This document shows, one piece after another, positions 20,796 to 34,059 of a stretch of 64,000 nt of DNA (within the stretch, counting starts at the first letter, position 1; the number at the start of each line of letters is the position of its first letter). This DNA is from Dicyema japonicum. Lineage: Eukaryota; Animalia; Dicyemida. The position numbers and the translations under genes are program-made. Location of the stretch: NCBI GenBank assembly GCA_011109175.1, contig RDEW01000012.1, positions 268,762 through 332,761 on the forward strand, written 5' to 3'. Under the pieces are notes generated by a model. That model was not told the origin of the DNA. It searched no databases and saw only the letters and a list, made by a program, of their open reading frames with translations.

Positions 20796-23700
20796 TTTTT
20801 TGGTGAGGTGGTGACGTGCCTCGTTTCTTGATTGGATCGCAATTGAGGAAAATGTCTAAAAGGCAATGGATACAAAGGGATGCATCTCGTCTAAAAGTCC
20901 TTACGTTCAATGCTAGAGGCTTATCTACGACCTGGTCGAGGAAGATTCTCTGTGATGACCTGGAGAGATACGACGTTTCTATTGGGTGTCTACAAGAGAC
21001 GAAAGTCACTTGTAGCCTTGATGAAAACTTTGGCGAATATCGAATTATATGTCAGCCGAGCGACTCAAGACATTATGGACTTGGATTTGCCATCCACTCA
21101 AAGCTGACAAGTGCAGTCCACCGTATATGAGTGTGAATGACAGGATCTGTGTTTATACAAATCCGGCTAAACGACTTACCTCCTTCGAAGAGCTTTCTGA
21201 CAATTGTAAATGTTTATGCGCCACACTGCGGGAGAGTAGCGAAAGATCCGACAGAACTAGACGACTTCTATTCAACACTGTTACGGACGTACAACGAATA
21301 TGAGTCGTCATCACTAATACTCATTGCTGGTGATTTGAATGCAAAAGTCGGGATGAAGAATAACCCGGATGATGTTTTCTTGGGAGAACATGGACGTGGA
21401 ATAAGAAATTTACCCGGGACAATACTTGGTCACTTTTGTATGGCAAACAACCTTTTCCTATGCAATACTGCATTTACGCATCCTGCCTGCCACAAAACTA
21501 CGTGGATGGGGAAGCGAAGGAACTCAGAAGGAAAGCTGGTCCAATATACAACCAAATCGATTATGTCATATGCCGGGCTAAAGACAAACACCTTCTAGTA
21601 AACGCACGTTCATATGAAGGTTCGACGACTGTCAGCGACCACAAGATGGTTATTGCGACCTTCACCCTGAAAAAACATGCCACTAAATACAGGAATGCAA
21701 AAAATCACGAATTTGAAAAATCAGAGGCGACTACGCGACTGAAAGGCTGATTTCTCAACCGGAGACTACTGAGAGATATCAACAATACATTCAGACTAAT
21801 TTGCAGGACGTATTGGTGGATACCACGCTAGAAGACGCCTGGAAACGCACAAAGGACACCATCAACGAAGCTGCTGAAGCATGTCTTGGCAAAAGGGAGA
21901 ATAGTAAAATGCACCTGAAGGCTATTCATCCAGATGTTCCTGAGCTTGCGAAAAGTCTAAAAGAAATAAATATGAGAAAATCAAATGCCACTGACACTAA
22001 TGCGATAAAAGCCCTTCAAGGCGAAAGACAACGTGTCAGAAGAAAAATAAAGGGTCTGAACAAGAAGCTTTTCATAGAAGAAATAGCCTCCTGTATAGAA
22101 GAAGTAAACAAAGTGAAAGACAACGCACAGGTGTACGTCGCTGCCCGTTTGCTGCGGCGAACAAACCGAAGTCGACTAACCATAAAAGACGAGAACGGTA
22201 AGCTGATACTGAACACCAAAGAACAAACTGAAGCCATCGCGGCTCACTTTGAGAAGCTTTTCAACATCAAAACCATAGAAATCCACCCATTTGATGGAAG
22301 GCCAAGACCCCTTAAGATACCAATCACGGCCGAGGAAATCAAAACGGCCTGCCGAAAACTCAAGAATAACAGAAGCCCCGGACCAGATGCGATAAACCCA
22401 GAACTACTGAAATACGGCCCTGACCTCCTTTTTGAAAAAATCGCTACACTACTAAATGAAATGTTTTCAACTAACTCAACTCTACCTCTGGGTACGGGAC
22501 TACTAATCCCCATACAAAAAACTAACAAAAACAGAGGACCGCTCGAAAATTTGCGACCCATCATACTACTAAATTCATTACGCAAAGTCTTGGCAAACAT
22601 TGTGCTTGAACGAATAAAAGGACCTGCTTACAAATACCTACCAGATAGTCAAAGTGGTTTTCGAGAAGGGAGATCCACAGCTGATGCGGTCTGGAGTCAC
22701 AGATGGAGGTGTGCAACATATCAAAGATACCGTAACGCCACCAATATTTTGGGAATTGACCTATCAAGAGCTTTTGATACGGTTAACAGGAACAAATTAA
22801 TGGGGGTACTGGGCGGATTTCTTGATGAATCGAGTCTAAGGATGATCCGAATTCTACTTTCTAACACTGAGCTCCTTGTGAGAGTCGGAAAAACCTATTC
22901 AAGAAAATTTGAAACAAATACGGGCACTCCACAAGGAGACTCTCTTTCTCCTCTACTATTCACAATTTATTTGGAAGCCGCTATGAGGGAACTTAGACCG
23001 TCATACCAAGGAAAGACGGAAGAAGTAATCTACGCGGACGATGTAGACCTAATTTCTGAAGACAAAGAGGTCCTGGAAAACCTATTAGAAAAAGCACCAG
23101 ATGTACTAGGGAAATGGTTTCTTACTGTGAACAGAGAAAAACAGAACTCACAGAGATAAGAAGGATGAGTAACGTCCTAGAAGAGAAGTGGCGACAAGTA
23201 AAGAAACTCGGTTCACTTATGGGAGATAGCGAAGATATTTTACGTAGGAAAACTCTAGCCAATGCTGCGTTATATAAACTGAAGAATTTATGGCTCAATC
23301 AAAAAGGCATCGACACGAAAATGAGAATCCTACTATACGACTCATTCATAAAACCCGTACTTTTATATAACGCTGGAACTTGGGCGACCTCATCAGCGGA
23401 TATGAAAAAACTAGACTCGTTCCACAGAGGTCAGCTGAGAAAAATAACAGGAACTACTTGGCCTACGAGAATATCTAGGAATGCTTTATATAAGAGATGC
23501 AGCACTAGACCTATCAGCTTAGAAGTACTGGAATCCCGATGGAGGCTCTTCGGACACGTGCTGAGGATGGAATTAACTTCCCCACCGAACATATCTATGG
23601 AAACATACTATGTTAGTGAAGAAGGCCGCTATCGGGAAGACCAAGAACAACACTGCCAATAGTCTTACAAAAAGACCTGGTCAGTATAAAAAAAACTAAC

Positions 23701-23852
23701 AAATGCCGACGACCTGGACAGCATGAGAGCCTTGGCTAGGAACAGGGGAGCATGGAAAAGGATGACATCTAACCTTGTTTCTTTTGCTGCACATGCGGGG
23801 CTATAATTAGTATGGCTCTTGTGAAGTGCTTAAATAATAATAAAATAAATAA
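20796..23852 (+). mobile_element. Full-length RTE-clade LINE (3057 bp)
   Basis: 11-bp TSD AAGCCCAATGT (20785-95, 23853-63), 5' TTTTTTGGTGAGGTGGTGACGTGCCTC, endonuclease + RT with a few frameshifts, (TAA)n tail. Confidence 0.95.
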
Positions 23853-24261
23853 AAGCCCAATGTAATAATTATATAGCGAGAGTGCGTATTCATTTATCGC
23901 TTTAAACAAGTTTACAACGTTTAATTTCGAATTCGCTAGCATCTCTATCCTTTTCTTCACATTTTCAGCAATTTTTTCCATAACTTTATCTTTTATAACC
24001 TTACTCCCTTTATCTTCTAACACTCCAAAATAGCGATATCCCTCACAACCATCCAGAAAACTTGTATCCTTGGCACATTTCAGATTAGTCGCAGACTTTT
24101 CACAGTTTCTTTTAAGGCCAACAACAATCATATATTCATCGATATCCTCCATCATTTTTAGAATAGTATCTTTATATTCGGCAATTATTTTCATGTCGTC
24201 AATAAAAGAAAATGGTTAGTCGCATATGTCACAATAGACGGATCACTCTGATCCATACATA

Positions 24262-25712
24262 CAGCGATACAAATAAAAAACGGAACATTCATTTTCTCGA
24301 TTTTTTCTATTGAATGATTAATTTTTTTTAACAAAAATAGAATTTTAAAAAATACAAACTTAACTTTAGCCTTTTAAAAAAATTAAAACGCCCTATATTT
24401 TGGTACGTAATTAAAATCCAGTTTTTTCCGAACAAAATAAAAAAGAACAAAAAAAATTCTCTATTTTTTCCAAAGTTTTTTGAACCTATTTTTATTTTAT
24501 TACACGTGTTGTATCTTGTTACATGGTTCTACAACTTACATACCAAGAAAAAAAGAAATTATTGCTTATTATAAAGTTGGAAAGTCATATCGACAAATTC
24601 GAAATCTTACTGAAAGATCCCTCAGTGCTATCTCGAGAGTCATTAAAAACTTCACCATGAATGATTCCTTCGAGAGAGAGAAAAAAAGGCTCAGGGCGAA
24701 GATTTTCCTTTAACTCTGATGATCTCGAAATAATTGAAGGTGGTCAAAAAGTGATGTTAATTTCAATTCTGTAAAATGTTCGGAAATTTTACGTTATGAA
24801 ACGGGAACTGTTTTCAGATCACAGACAGTGAGGAATTACCTGAAAAGACTGAATATATCGACGTTTCAGCCTACGAAAAGGCCACATCTATCGAAAAAAC
24901 ACAAAACGACAAGACTTTCTCAGTGCACAGTGGAACATGTTACCAAATGTGTTCTGGAATCGATTTATCTAGAGTGATGAATCGAAATTTAATCTATTTA
25001 ATCCCGATGGACGAAAATTTGTCTGGAAAAAAATGGGAGAAAGGCTTTTAAACAAAAATATTACCACAACAATGAAGTTCGGAATAAAGAACGTAGTGGT
25101 TTGGGGCGCATTCACATCAGAATGTTTTTCGGAACTTGTGTGGATAAAAGGAATTATGAATGGGAATTTATACGTAAGCATTTTGGCAGATAATTTGTTG
25201 CCTTTTTTGGAGAAAACAAGAATCCGGTCTCCAATTATGAGCAAAATAATGATCCAAAGCACATCTGCAAGGTGGCTAAAGATCTTTTCAATGAACACGG
25301 AATTGAGTTATTACAATGGCCCCCTCAAATTCCCGATTTGAATCCAATCGAGCACGTGTGGGCCTTCATGAAACAAAAATAAAGGGAACCGAATTAAAAA
25401 AAGAGTGACCTATTCGAAGAATTGAAAAAGATTTGGAACGATCTCACGATAGAATATGCGAAATCGCTTGTTGGATCAATACGGAGTAGAATTTTAGAAG
25501 CAGTAAATGCTCAAGGGAGTCATACTAAATTTTGAACTATTTTTGTTCTTTTGTTTGATTTTGTTTGAAAAAAATTGGGTTTAAATATCTACCAAAATCT
25601 TTGACGTATGGATTTTTGTAAAAGGCAAAAGTAAAGCATATAATTTAAAATTTAATTTTTTATTAAAAAATTAATCTTTATTTAGAAAAAAATTTAGAAA
25701 TTGGCTGTTTCG
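24262..25712 (+). mobile_element. Tc1-family (DD34E) DNA transposon, defective
   Basis: Starts TA|CAG. HTH KEIIAYYKVGKSYRQI, SDESKF, VVVWGAF, WPPQIPDLNPIEHVW. ~190-bp degenerate TIRs with the right terminus eroded. TA at 24260-61 and 25713-14. Confidence 0.85.
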
Positions 25713-26779
25713 TATCTTCGGGAATTTTATATTTAATATTAGGCTTAGTGGTCCACTACCAGAGTAAACAACTGGGGAGAGAGTGACTCTCCTTGCAAGA
25801 TTCCTCTCCCGAGTTTGACCTTTCCAATTCTCTTTTTTGTTAAGGTTTAAAATAACATTCTACTTGTTCACTAGATTCTTGATAAACTTCGCAATCCATT
25901 CCGGAACTCCAGAGCAATCAAGAACCCGACACAAAAATTCATGATTGACAGAATCGAAAGCCTTCTTCACATCAATCCATGTTGTGAATAAGCTATTTCC
26001 ATGTTCAGCATTAACACACTGATTTATTAAAGCCTGCTCCTTTGCAGCTTGGCACTGTCTTCTTGCTCCAAGCTGATTATCCGAGATAAGATTTATTAAT
26101 ATTCTATATTAATTTTGAATACCTCATAAAAATTTCTCATTTTGATTGAATAACGCTACTCTCATATTGAATGACACTATTTTTGTATTGAATGGGAAAT
26201 GACATAGATTCCAGATACCTATTAATCCTGCATAAATCGTATTGGATAGATAGAAAATTCAATATATTTTATCTTCTTGTATTGTTTTCTATTGTGTCTG
26301 AGAAACAAGAGATCAACGCCCTAAGACTATTTTCTGATTTTTAGACAAGAACTCAAGTTATGTAAATTCGTACATAAAACTTTCAACGATTGTGCAGCAA
26401 TACAATCCGTATTCACATCTGTCCTAGAATATCGCTTTCGCCAACCTCAAAAATATTAAGTTACCCTTGGCATAAATTTTGTACACTTTTGCATAGTAGA
26501 AAGTAAAACTACATCAAATATCCTCAAACAAGTTTTGTAAACTTTAATGTTTAGTTTATGCAAGTAAATTCAGATTAGACTAAGCCTTGTGACCTTATTG
26601 ATCATAGAGTCAATAGATAGACAGAGAAAATCATATGACGTGGCTCAATAATTAATCATAATTTTTGAAAAATGTCTCTATCATGCTTAAACACAACTAG
26701 CTTCCCCCGGCGTCGTTTAATGTTCGGGGTCTATCTTGTCAATCGAAAAGAGAACAGCCTGGAGAAGATGTCTAGATTT

Positions 26780-27660
26780 GCTGTCTGTCTAGAAGAAATA
26801 CAAAATCTAGATTTGCTGTCTACAGAAAACAAAGGTGCCTGACGGAACCTATGGGAACTATCATCTTATTTTGCTATCCTCGGAAAACTGACACTATCGT
26901 CTTGGTTTTGGAATCAGTCTACCTTTGGCTCTAGCATTCATATGTGGTGATTGGAATGCGAGGGCTTGAATACGAATGGTGAGGATTGCTTGGGATTTCA
27001 TGGAAGGGGATTCAGAAATCTTTCCGGAGACTCCTGTTGATTTCTGCACACAATTGGCCTCTGTGTAATACGAGTTTTGAACACACCGCAAAACACAAGA
27101 CGACTTGGGTGGGCTACCGATACGGGATTAATGGACAGTCTATAACAATATTCAACCAGATTGACTACATCCTTTGCATAAATTCACTAAAGAGGAATCG
27201 AGAAGTTACGGAGGTACATTACTTGACAGTAACTGGTCGTCGCACGGATGAATATGATATTTTGGTATAATGAACTTAAAATAAAATGTTGCATCTACGA
27301 ATCGCCCACTGGCTACGAAGACTCTTACTGAGAACATCACAAAAAAAACACTCATTGTGAAGGTGACACTACCAAAGAACCAATTATTGCATCTGATACG
27401 GTTTTGACGCGCTAAAATTAACGGTAGATGAAAGGGAAGGTAGAAACCCTTGCTATATGACCCTACAATCAGACAGTTATCTGAAGACAAAAAGAAAATT
27501 CGTTTTACTTTGGGACTGCCGAATAGTCAAAAAATGGGAAACTCTAAGAAGAAAAAGGAATAAAATTCTCCACCAAATAAAAACCGAGCAAAAAAGTTAA
27601 TGAATCAATACATGGATGACAAAGTACAAGGAGTCAGTAACACACAATACGGGAGTCGAA
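26780..27660 (+). mobile_element. Degenerate RTE-clade LINE fragment
   Basis: LCNTSFEHTAKHKTTWVG..FNQIDYILC endonuclease motif. Confidence 0.7.
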
Positions 27661-27699
27661 AGTTTGCTGTAGGTCATCTGTCCCCGTTAGTTTGAAATG

Positions 27700-28470
27700 T
27701 TTCTTAGACGAAAAATTCGCTAAAAACTGCTTTTCCTCTAATTTCACATCTCCGTGTGAGTTGATATAAAATTCGCCAGAATATTTCTAATAAGCCAACC
27801 TTTTCAATTTTCTTGATTGAATGTGGCATAATAGTTGAGATGATATGTATTTTATTCAAAAACTCTAAAGTTGTATTTGTTTGGTGTATCTTTAACAGTA
27901 TATATAAGGAAGGAGCTCTCGAAGTGGAGACTCGACACATCATCAACAAAGTCATCTGTCACAATGTTTACATCTGTCACACTGACTTAATTTTCTCAAT
28001 TTGTACTTTTAGTTCCTCAAGGCAATTTCTGAAGGTGGAAATTTCCACATTAGTATTATTTTGCACTTTGAAACATTCGCCTCCTTTTACATTGTTATTC
28101 CAATTTTCAGGTTTCAGCATCTTTTTTAGCTGACATAGACTGGAACTCTTGGAGTACTTTTCATTGAACTTTTTAAGTACGAGGTTCCAGCCACCTCTAG
28201 GTATCCTTCCAAATCTTTGTTTCGTGGCAAGAAAAATCTGAGATACCCACTCAGCTTCAGAGACCACAGTTGGACCTCTTCAATAATGGCAGATAGTGAA
28301 TGCAAGTTGGTTTTGGCACCAATATTCCCAACGATGTTGATATTAGTTCTTGTGATATTATCCAGCCCTACAGACGACGGTCCTGCTTCTCCTATACTAT
28401 CTTCTTTATTTGATTTTGCAGGAAGGCCCATAGGATTCGATTTCTCGGTATGATTAGAAACGGACATGTC
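27700..28470 (-). pseudogene. Broken ORF, possibly the N-terminal region of the R4-like element downstream
   Basis: Overlapping minus-strand ORFs in the same orientation as, and upstream of, the R4-like RT. No diagnostic motif recognised. Confidence 0.3.
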
Positions 28471-29639
28471 AACATCACAACAACTATAAATTATATATAA
28501 ATAATAAATAAAGATTGATACTACAAAAGATTATTTTTTAGTTAAGAAAAAATTTTTGTTTTTTTCCAATTAAGTTGGGATGTTTACGCTTTAAATGTTC
28601 GATTAAGCGCGATGACTTCATTGCCTCATTAAAAAACCGTCGATAAATGATAATAATCTGACTCCTTGTGCTGGACTACTCAGAGACTTTCAGTAAGGTT
28701 GTAGGTGCCATGTATTTCGGAATATGAGTGAATTGGAGAGAGGAATGAATAATAAATATGTGTTCATTCTCTTCTCAATGTCCCCTCTCAGAAGAAGGAA
28801 TTTTGTGGAAATGTCCTCAGAAGTCTCGGAGGGGTGGTTTAGACACGGAACAATGTGGACGACTGCACAAATTTGGTTGCCGGTTCCCTCTGCATAAACA
28901 TGGAAGGTTATCTCATTTATAAAAGTATGATATATATTTATTCCAGAAGAGATCGTCGGTAAAATTTTGAATAAAAATCAAAAAGGTAGCCAGGATGATA
29001 ATGAAATAGGTTATGGAACAAAAACAATGTTCAAGCAGGCTAACAATCGAAAGTGAAAATTCTATGTAGTTCGAAGAAAATAAAATAAAAAAATCAGAAA
29101 TAACTGATCAAATGTTATTTTTCTCTTCTAATTAAATATATTATTGGATTACAAAAAAATTTCTTGACATTATGCAGATGCATAACAATTAGGAATACAA
29201 ACAGATTGAAAAGAAATATAGCCCCGAGAATATAAATAAGGACAATTCAAATAGTGAAAAATAGTCCATATTTATAGGTTAACGAAATAAAATATATTAG
29301 ACATTTTGATAACAGCCTTCAACACTATTTGTTGAATCCATAATATAATGTACAGGCTTCCTCAATTAACATTTGTTTCTTTGATAAATAATTGTCTTTA
29401 AAAATTAGTCATAATTTGACTTTAATTAATAATCCTACAATAAATTTTGTTAGTTTAAGTGGTCTCTAATAGTTTTTATGTCCTTATCATACTCCCAGTC
29501 TGTCAATTCTACTCCGTAGATGAACTGTGGAGACTTCGAGGATGAAATTTACATAAGAAAACTGGTAGAACGGATTACGAAGGTTTGTTAAAAATCATGA
29601 TTTTTATGAAAAAAATAAAAAAAAATCTGATTTTTTCGA

Positions 29640-30400
29640 TTTAAACAGGATTTGCCTATAATAATATTTCGATAGAAGAGCTTTTTCAAGTTTTCTTGTT
29701 AAGGGACTGTAGAGTGGGTGAGGTCATCCAAGCACATATACTGTAGCTCTCTGTATATGTTGGACATTCCATGTAACCTCTTTATTATCGTGCTACATGG
29801 TGATGTTTGAGATTACCCAGGCCAACATTTTGACAAGGCCTTTGTAGGTATCTGTATTCTTCACGGAGCCAGAAAACCTCCTTAGAGTTGGCTGATTGGA
29901 GGTCTTTGATCTTTAGGTTACGAAATTAAATTGTCAACTACAGCTTGTTAACATGAAGGAATCTGATGACAATTAGGAAGCTCACCGCAAAGACAGGTCA
30001 CTACTAGAGATCTTCAAGGACGAGCATAGAGATCTCGAACTTCTTTTTCAAAAGAGATGAACTATGTCCAAACCGCAGAGATGTGAGTCTCACTATGACA
30101 GCCTTTGGAAGCTTTGATAATAAAGTGGTGATCTTAGAGGTCTGGGTCACAGCATTTTGTTGTCTTTAAAGGCCCAGCACATATGGACAGGACGTCGTGT
30201 ATTCTTTCAGTCCAAATTCTGTTTTTAGCGGATGTGAGATTTTAAAGAGTTTTTAACAAAAGATCTCGCGAATGTGCCTGCGATTGATGGATTTGATTAG
30301 TGGAAGATTTGGTTGTTAGGGTCAAGTGATTGAAATATTGTAAACTCAGCATTTATAAGTGATCACCCGATGGTAGGATCTTCATCTTATGTAGGTGGTC
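29640..30400 (-). mobile_element. Highly degenerate CR1/L2-like RT remnant
   Basis: YKGLV...VQHIQRATVYVLG resembles the CR1 YKALVRP..VQRRAT pattern. Many stops. Confidence 0.4.
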
Positions 30401-30474
30401 AATAGGAGTAAAATTTAATCACTCCCTTATAGGATGAGATAGAACCTACTGTACCTTTTGTATGAGAGTGCGGG

Positions 30475-30920
30475 TTCAAGGTAAAATCATCGCCGTCAAG
30501 GGACCTCGTGGGCGGGTTCTTAGATAGAAGAAATCGAATAGTTCAATTCTCTAAAAAAAAGTGTTAAAATGAGATTTTTTCTATTGGCTAAAGTGGTAAC
30601 TTCATTATAATGCAGAAAAGTTTTCATAATGGGAATCTCACCGTTAGAGTTGGCCAGGCAACTGCATCGTGTCGTAAGGACTCGTCGCCTTACGGGTAGG
30701 ATTTAACTGACGAGAATTAGCCCTCGCTGAAGAGTAGAAAGACTGGCGAAGAGTTAAAGCTATACAGTAAATAACTATATTGACAACCTACCTACGTGGT
30801 TCCTATTGTCGATTTAATCTCTAAATCAAATTAACGATAAAATAAAAAATCAAAATTTCGAACTCTTCTATCTAGGAACCAACCCACGAGGTCCCTTGAC
30901 GGCGATGATTTTACCTTGAA
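30475..30920. mobile_element. MITE-like element with ~57-bp TIRs
   Basis: TTCAAGGTAAAATCATCGCCGTCAAGGGACCTCGTGGG.. and its reverse complement at 30864-30920. No TSD found. Near-identical partial copies at 43730-44070 and 54460-54800. Confidence 0.7.
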
Positions 30921-31039
30921 TTTACTGGCGATTAATTTACCGATTACTGAGAGTGATATGCATGGGGCCAACATATTATTAATAAAGGCACGTTCACAGA
31001 ACCAAGGAACGTTACGTTAACCAAAATCACAAACGATTC

Positions 31040-32715
31040 AATATTTTCTTAACTGGGCATCTTCATCAGCCCTTGTTTTTTGCATCTGCTCGTAGGTCTT
31101 CGTCCGCACACATACGTTTTCTTCCAATCCCATAAGATCCTTATTTAGAGCCACAAGGAGAGTGACTCTAGACCTACTTCTGAACAGCGGTCTGTTCACA
31201 TTGTTATACCAGATAAACCAGACGGGGGAGTATGCATAACGGAGGAAACACCTTCGATATTCAGGGATCAGCTCCAAAAAATTCAGGGTGTGGATCCGTG
31301 GAGTTTGATCCCTGATGACAAAAAGAAGGTGTCTGCCGATATATTTAAACACTCCGACGAGGAACTACCTATTGCTGATAGCACTGTCAGCATCTTTGAA
31401 GTGATGACAGCTATCAGGGAATGCAAGGTCAATGCTCCAGGATATGACCACATATCAATGAAACTTATCAAAGAGGGTCCGGATATTTTGTTTGACTATC
31501 TGCGATGTCTTTATGATGGGTGTTTGCGACTTGGTCACTTGCCTTTAATATGGAAGAAAGCTGTTGTGAGGATGATTCCAAAACCAGGGAAGCCAAAGAG
31601 AGATCCGGCAAGCTACAGACCAATTAGCTTAATATGTTCTTTCGCGAAAGTGATTGAACGTATCATTTTCAAAAGGCTAAGCAGACATATAGAAGAAAAC
31701 GACTTTCTGATTCCGGAGCAGTAGGGTTTTCGTCCCGGAAGAGGCTGTGCAGACTGTTTCTTTCTACTGAATTCTAAAATCATGAAAGCAAAGGATTCCA
31801 AGAGACAAATAAACTTATTATGTCTTGATATCTCGAAAGCATTCGACAGTGTATGCCATGAAGCGTTGTTAAAGCAGCTTGTATCAGCATGTGTTCCAAG
31901 ATACCTATTTGTTTGGCTAAGAAATTATCTTCAGGAAAGACAATCTTTTGTGAAGGTGTGTGGATATATATCTGATGCAATATCATTCAAAAGAGGAGTA
32001 CCTCAAGGTTCAGTATTGAGCCCTATTTTGTTTAATATATTTATAGCGAGTTTTCCACGTCCGAGGAATATTAATACTAGTCTTCTTATGCGGATGACGT
32101 AATCGTGGTGGACACATTTCTAAAATCTTCTATATCTGAAGGAAGAATCCGGGAGTATGTCTACCAGATTGAGCATTGGTGCAACTTGAGAGGGCTAAAG
32201 CTTTCTGCTGAAAAATCTTGCGCACTCCGAATAAGCAGTTTGAAAAAGCACCTGAAACAAGAATACACATTGGGAGTAAACAATTCACACAGTCTGCGCT
32301 ACCTGGGGTCGACTATGGACACGCAGGAGATTACATGGACGACATAAAGGGGAGGAGAAAGAGAGCCTTTCAGTCGCTCCTATGTACACGGAAGTTACAC
32401 GTTAGCCGTGATACTTACCTGTTTATCTTCAAGGGAGTTATTTTCCCTAGCCTACTTTATGGGTGCGAGGGGTGGTTCTTCTCTCCGAAGATCTTATCCC
32501 TCCTAGAGAAGACTAGAAGAGCTGCAATTAAGCTCTCCTTTAAAAAGAAACTGAAAGACTGTCTAAGCGAAGACGAAAACAAGCTCTTAGAACCGATTAG
32601 CAAGATTGTGGAGGATCGGATCAATGGTTTCAGGAGGAGATCAAAGGTCCAGGACACGTATATAAAGCTGGGAGAAACGTCCTGAAAGAGATTAATAATA
32701 AAAAAAAGTAAAAAA
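31040..32715 (+). mobile_element. 5'-truncated I/Jockey-group LINE RT
   Basis: APGYD, WKKAVVRMIPKPGK..SYRPISL..EQ*GFR..LDISKAFDSV..GVPQGSVLSPILF. A-rich tail at ~32695-32715. Confidence 0.85.
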
Positions 32716-34059
32716 AAGGAGGAAGGGTCCAGGTGTGGAGTCCAAGCCTTATGGTAGGACTCAGATGTAATACCCTCCAGAAATCTCCTTAACTCTTTTG
32801 TCAATAAATCGTTGTTGTTGTTGTTGTTCTCATTGTTGAAGTAATTTCCCATCATTTTATTTTCAGGGGGCGTTTATGTCCATTCTAAGCACGTGCCCAT
32901 CTGATTCAAAATATCGATGCTTCATGGCACCGATTGTGTCGCATTGTTAAAGGGACTTTTTCGGTCAATTGAGTGACATGCTACTGCACAACAAATATCG
33001 CCTGGTTTTGATGAACAGTTGATTTGATATTTAAGGTTATTGAAGGCTTCGATGGGGATGCATCCACGGACAGCAGAGTGATTTTGAACATTATCTTACA
33101 TATTTGAATTATATCTTTGTAGTGAGATCAAGATAGGGAGAGCTGTTGGCACACACTGAGGTGAAGATTGAAAAATGAGGGAGAGAGGACTGATAAATGA
33201 AGAACTCTGTTGGTGAGGTAACGAAAACAAGACATATAATATAAACAAGTTTTTTTTTCAGTCTCCAGAAAAGGGAATTTGCGAACCAGGATTTCCAGAA
33301 TAAAGGATATTGTCGATACTTTTTTGAATGGAGGACATGAGAAATTCGATCGAAAGCTTTTGTTAGGTCGATGGAAGGCATGACATTTTTTCAAGGAGAG
33401 AATTGTCGAAATCCTCAACAATAAAATGTAGAGGTATGAGGTTGTCATGAAATTATATTTATTTAGAACCCCGGGGTCACAGAGAAAGAAAAAGTATAAG
33501 CAAATAGTTTAGGTAATACCAGTTCCCCCAATTAGAACCACCATTTACTTCTGTAGTCCTCCATTGTATCCACCGCTACCTTGAAGCGTCTACTCTCGCG
33601 TTTGCATGGGAAATCGATTGGGGTAAAGAACTTATTAAGAGATAGACTTTCATTTGCCGTGGACAGAGATAGGAAAATTGGTTTTCTGTTTTCTTAACAA
33701 AAGCGGGGGAGTCTGGCTCCACATCTACGGGTCATAATTTCTGTAACTAGAGGTCGATCCATTGATTTGTATTGCCCAGCAGTTGTCCGAGGTAGTGAAT
33801 TGATCTGGTAGAGCATTCACTCCGACAGTACAAATTCCATGTGGTAGAGCCTGTGCTATGGTATGTCGGTAAAGTTTTTTAATGTAGTTCTCCAGATTGA
33901 AAGGAGTTCTTTTGACGAGTGTACGAAAATATTTAGTTTCTGTAGTCCTTTGTAAGAATTTGTTTTGCATGGCTCGTGGACCTCATCAGTCTTTCGTATG
34001 TTACTCATAGAAATATGAGAAACGATGTTGTGGGTACTCGCACAAGTCGTTGATTATTA

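Larger units (their letters stand above)
20230..26100 (-). mobile_element. R4/Dong-like (RLE-type) non-LTR retrotransposon RT, split into three pieces (26100-25713, 24261-23853, 20795-20230)
   Basis: GARRQCQAAKEQAL..WIDVKKAFDSV..GILQGESLSP | TNH..FIDDM..YRYFGVLED..NLFKAINEYALSLYNYYIGL | IDIKP..ERLYLSRNSFGRGL. The frames rejoin when the Tc1 and RTE insertions are removed. Confidence 0.8.

Noticed and set aside
22016-22767. Antisense ORFs overlapping RT genes (also 9338-9775, 12496-12788, 41398-41739, 56791-57132)
   Set aside because: Shadow ORFs opposite coding sequence, with no recognisable domains.
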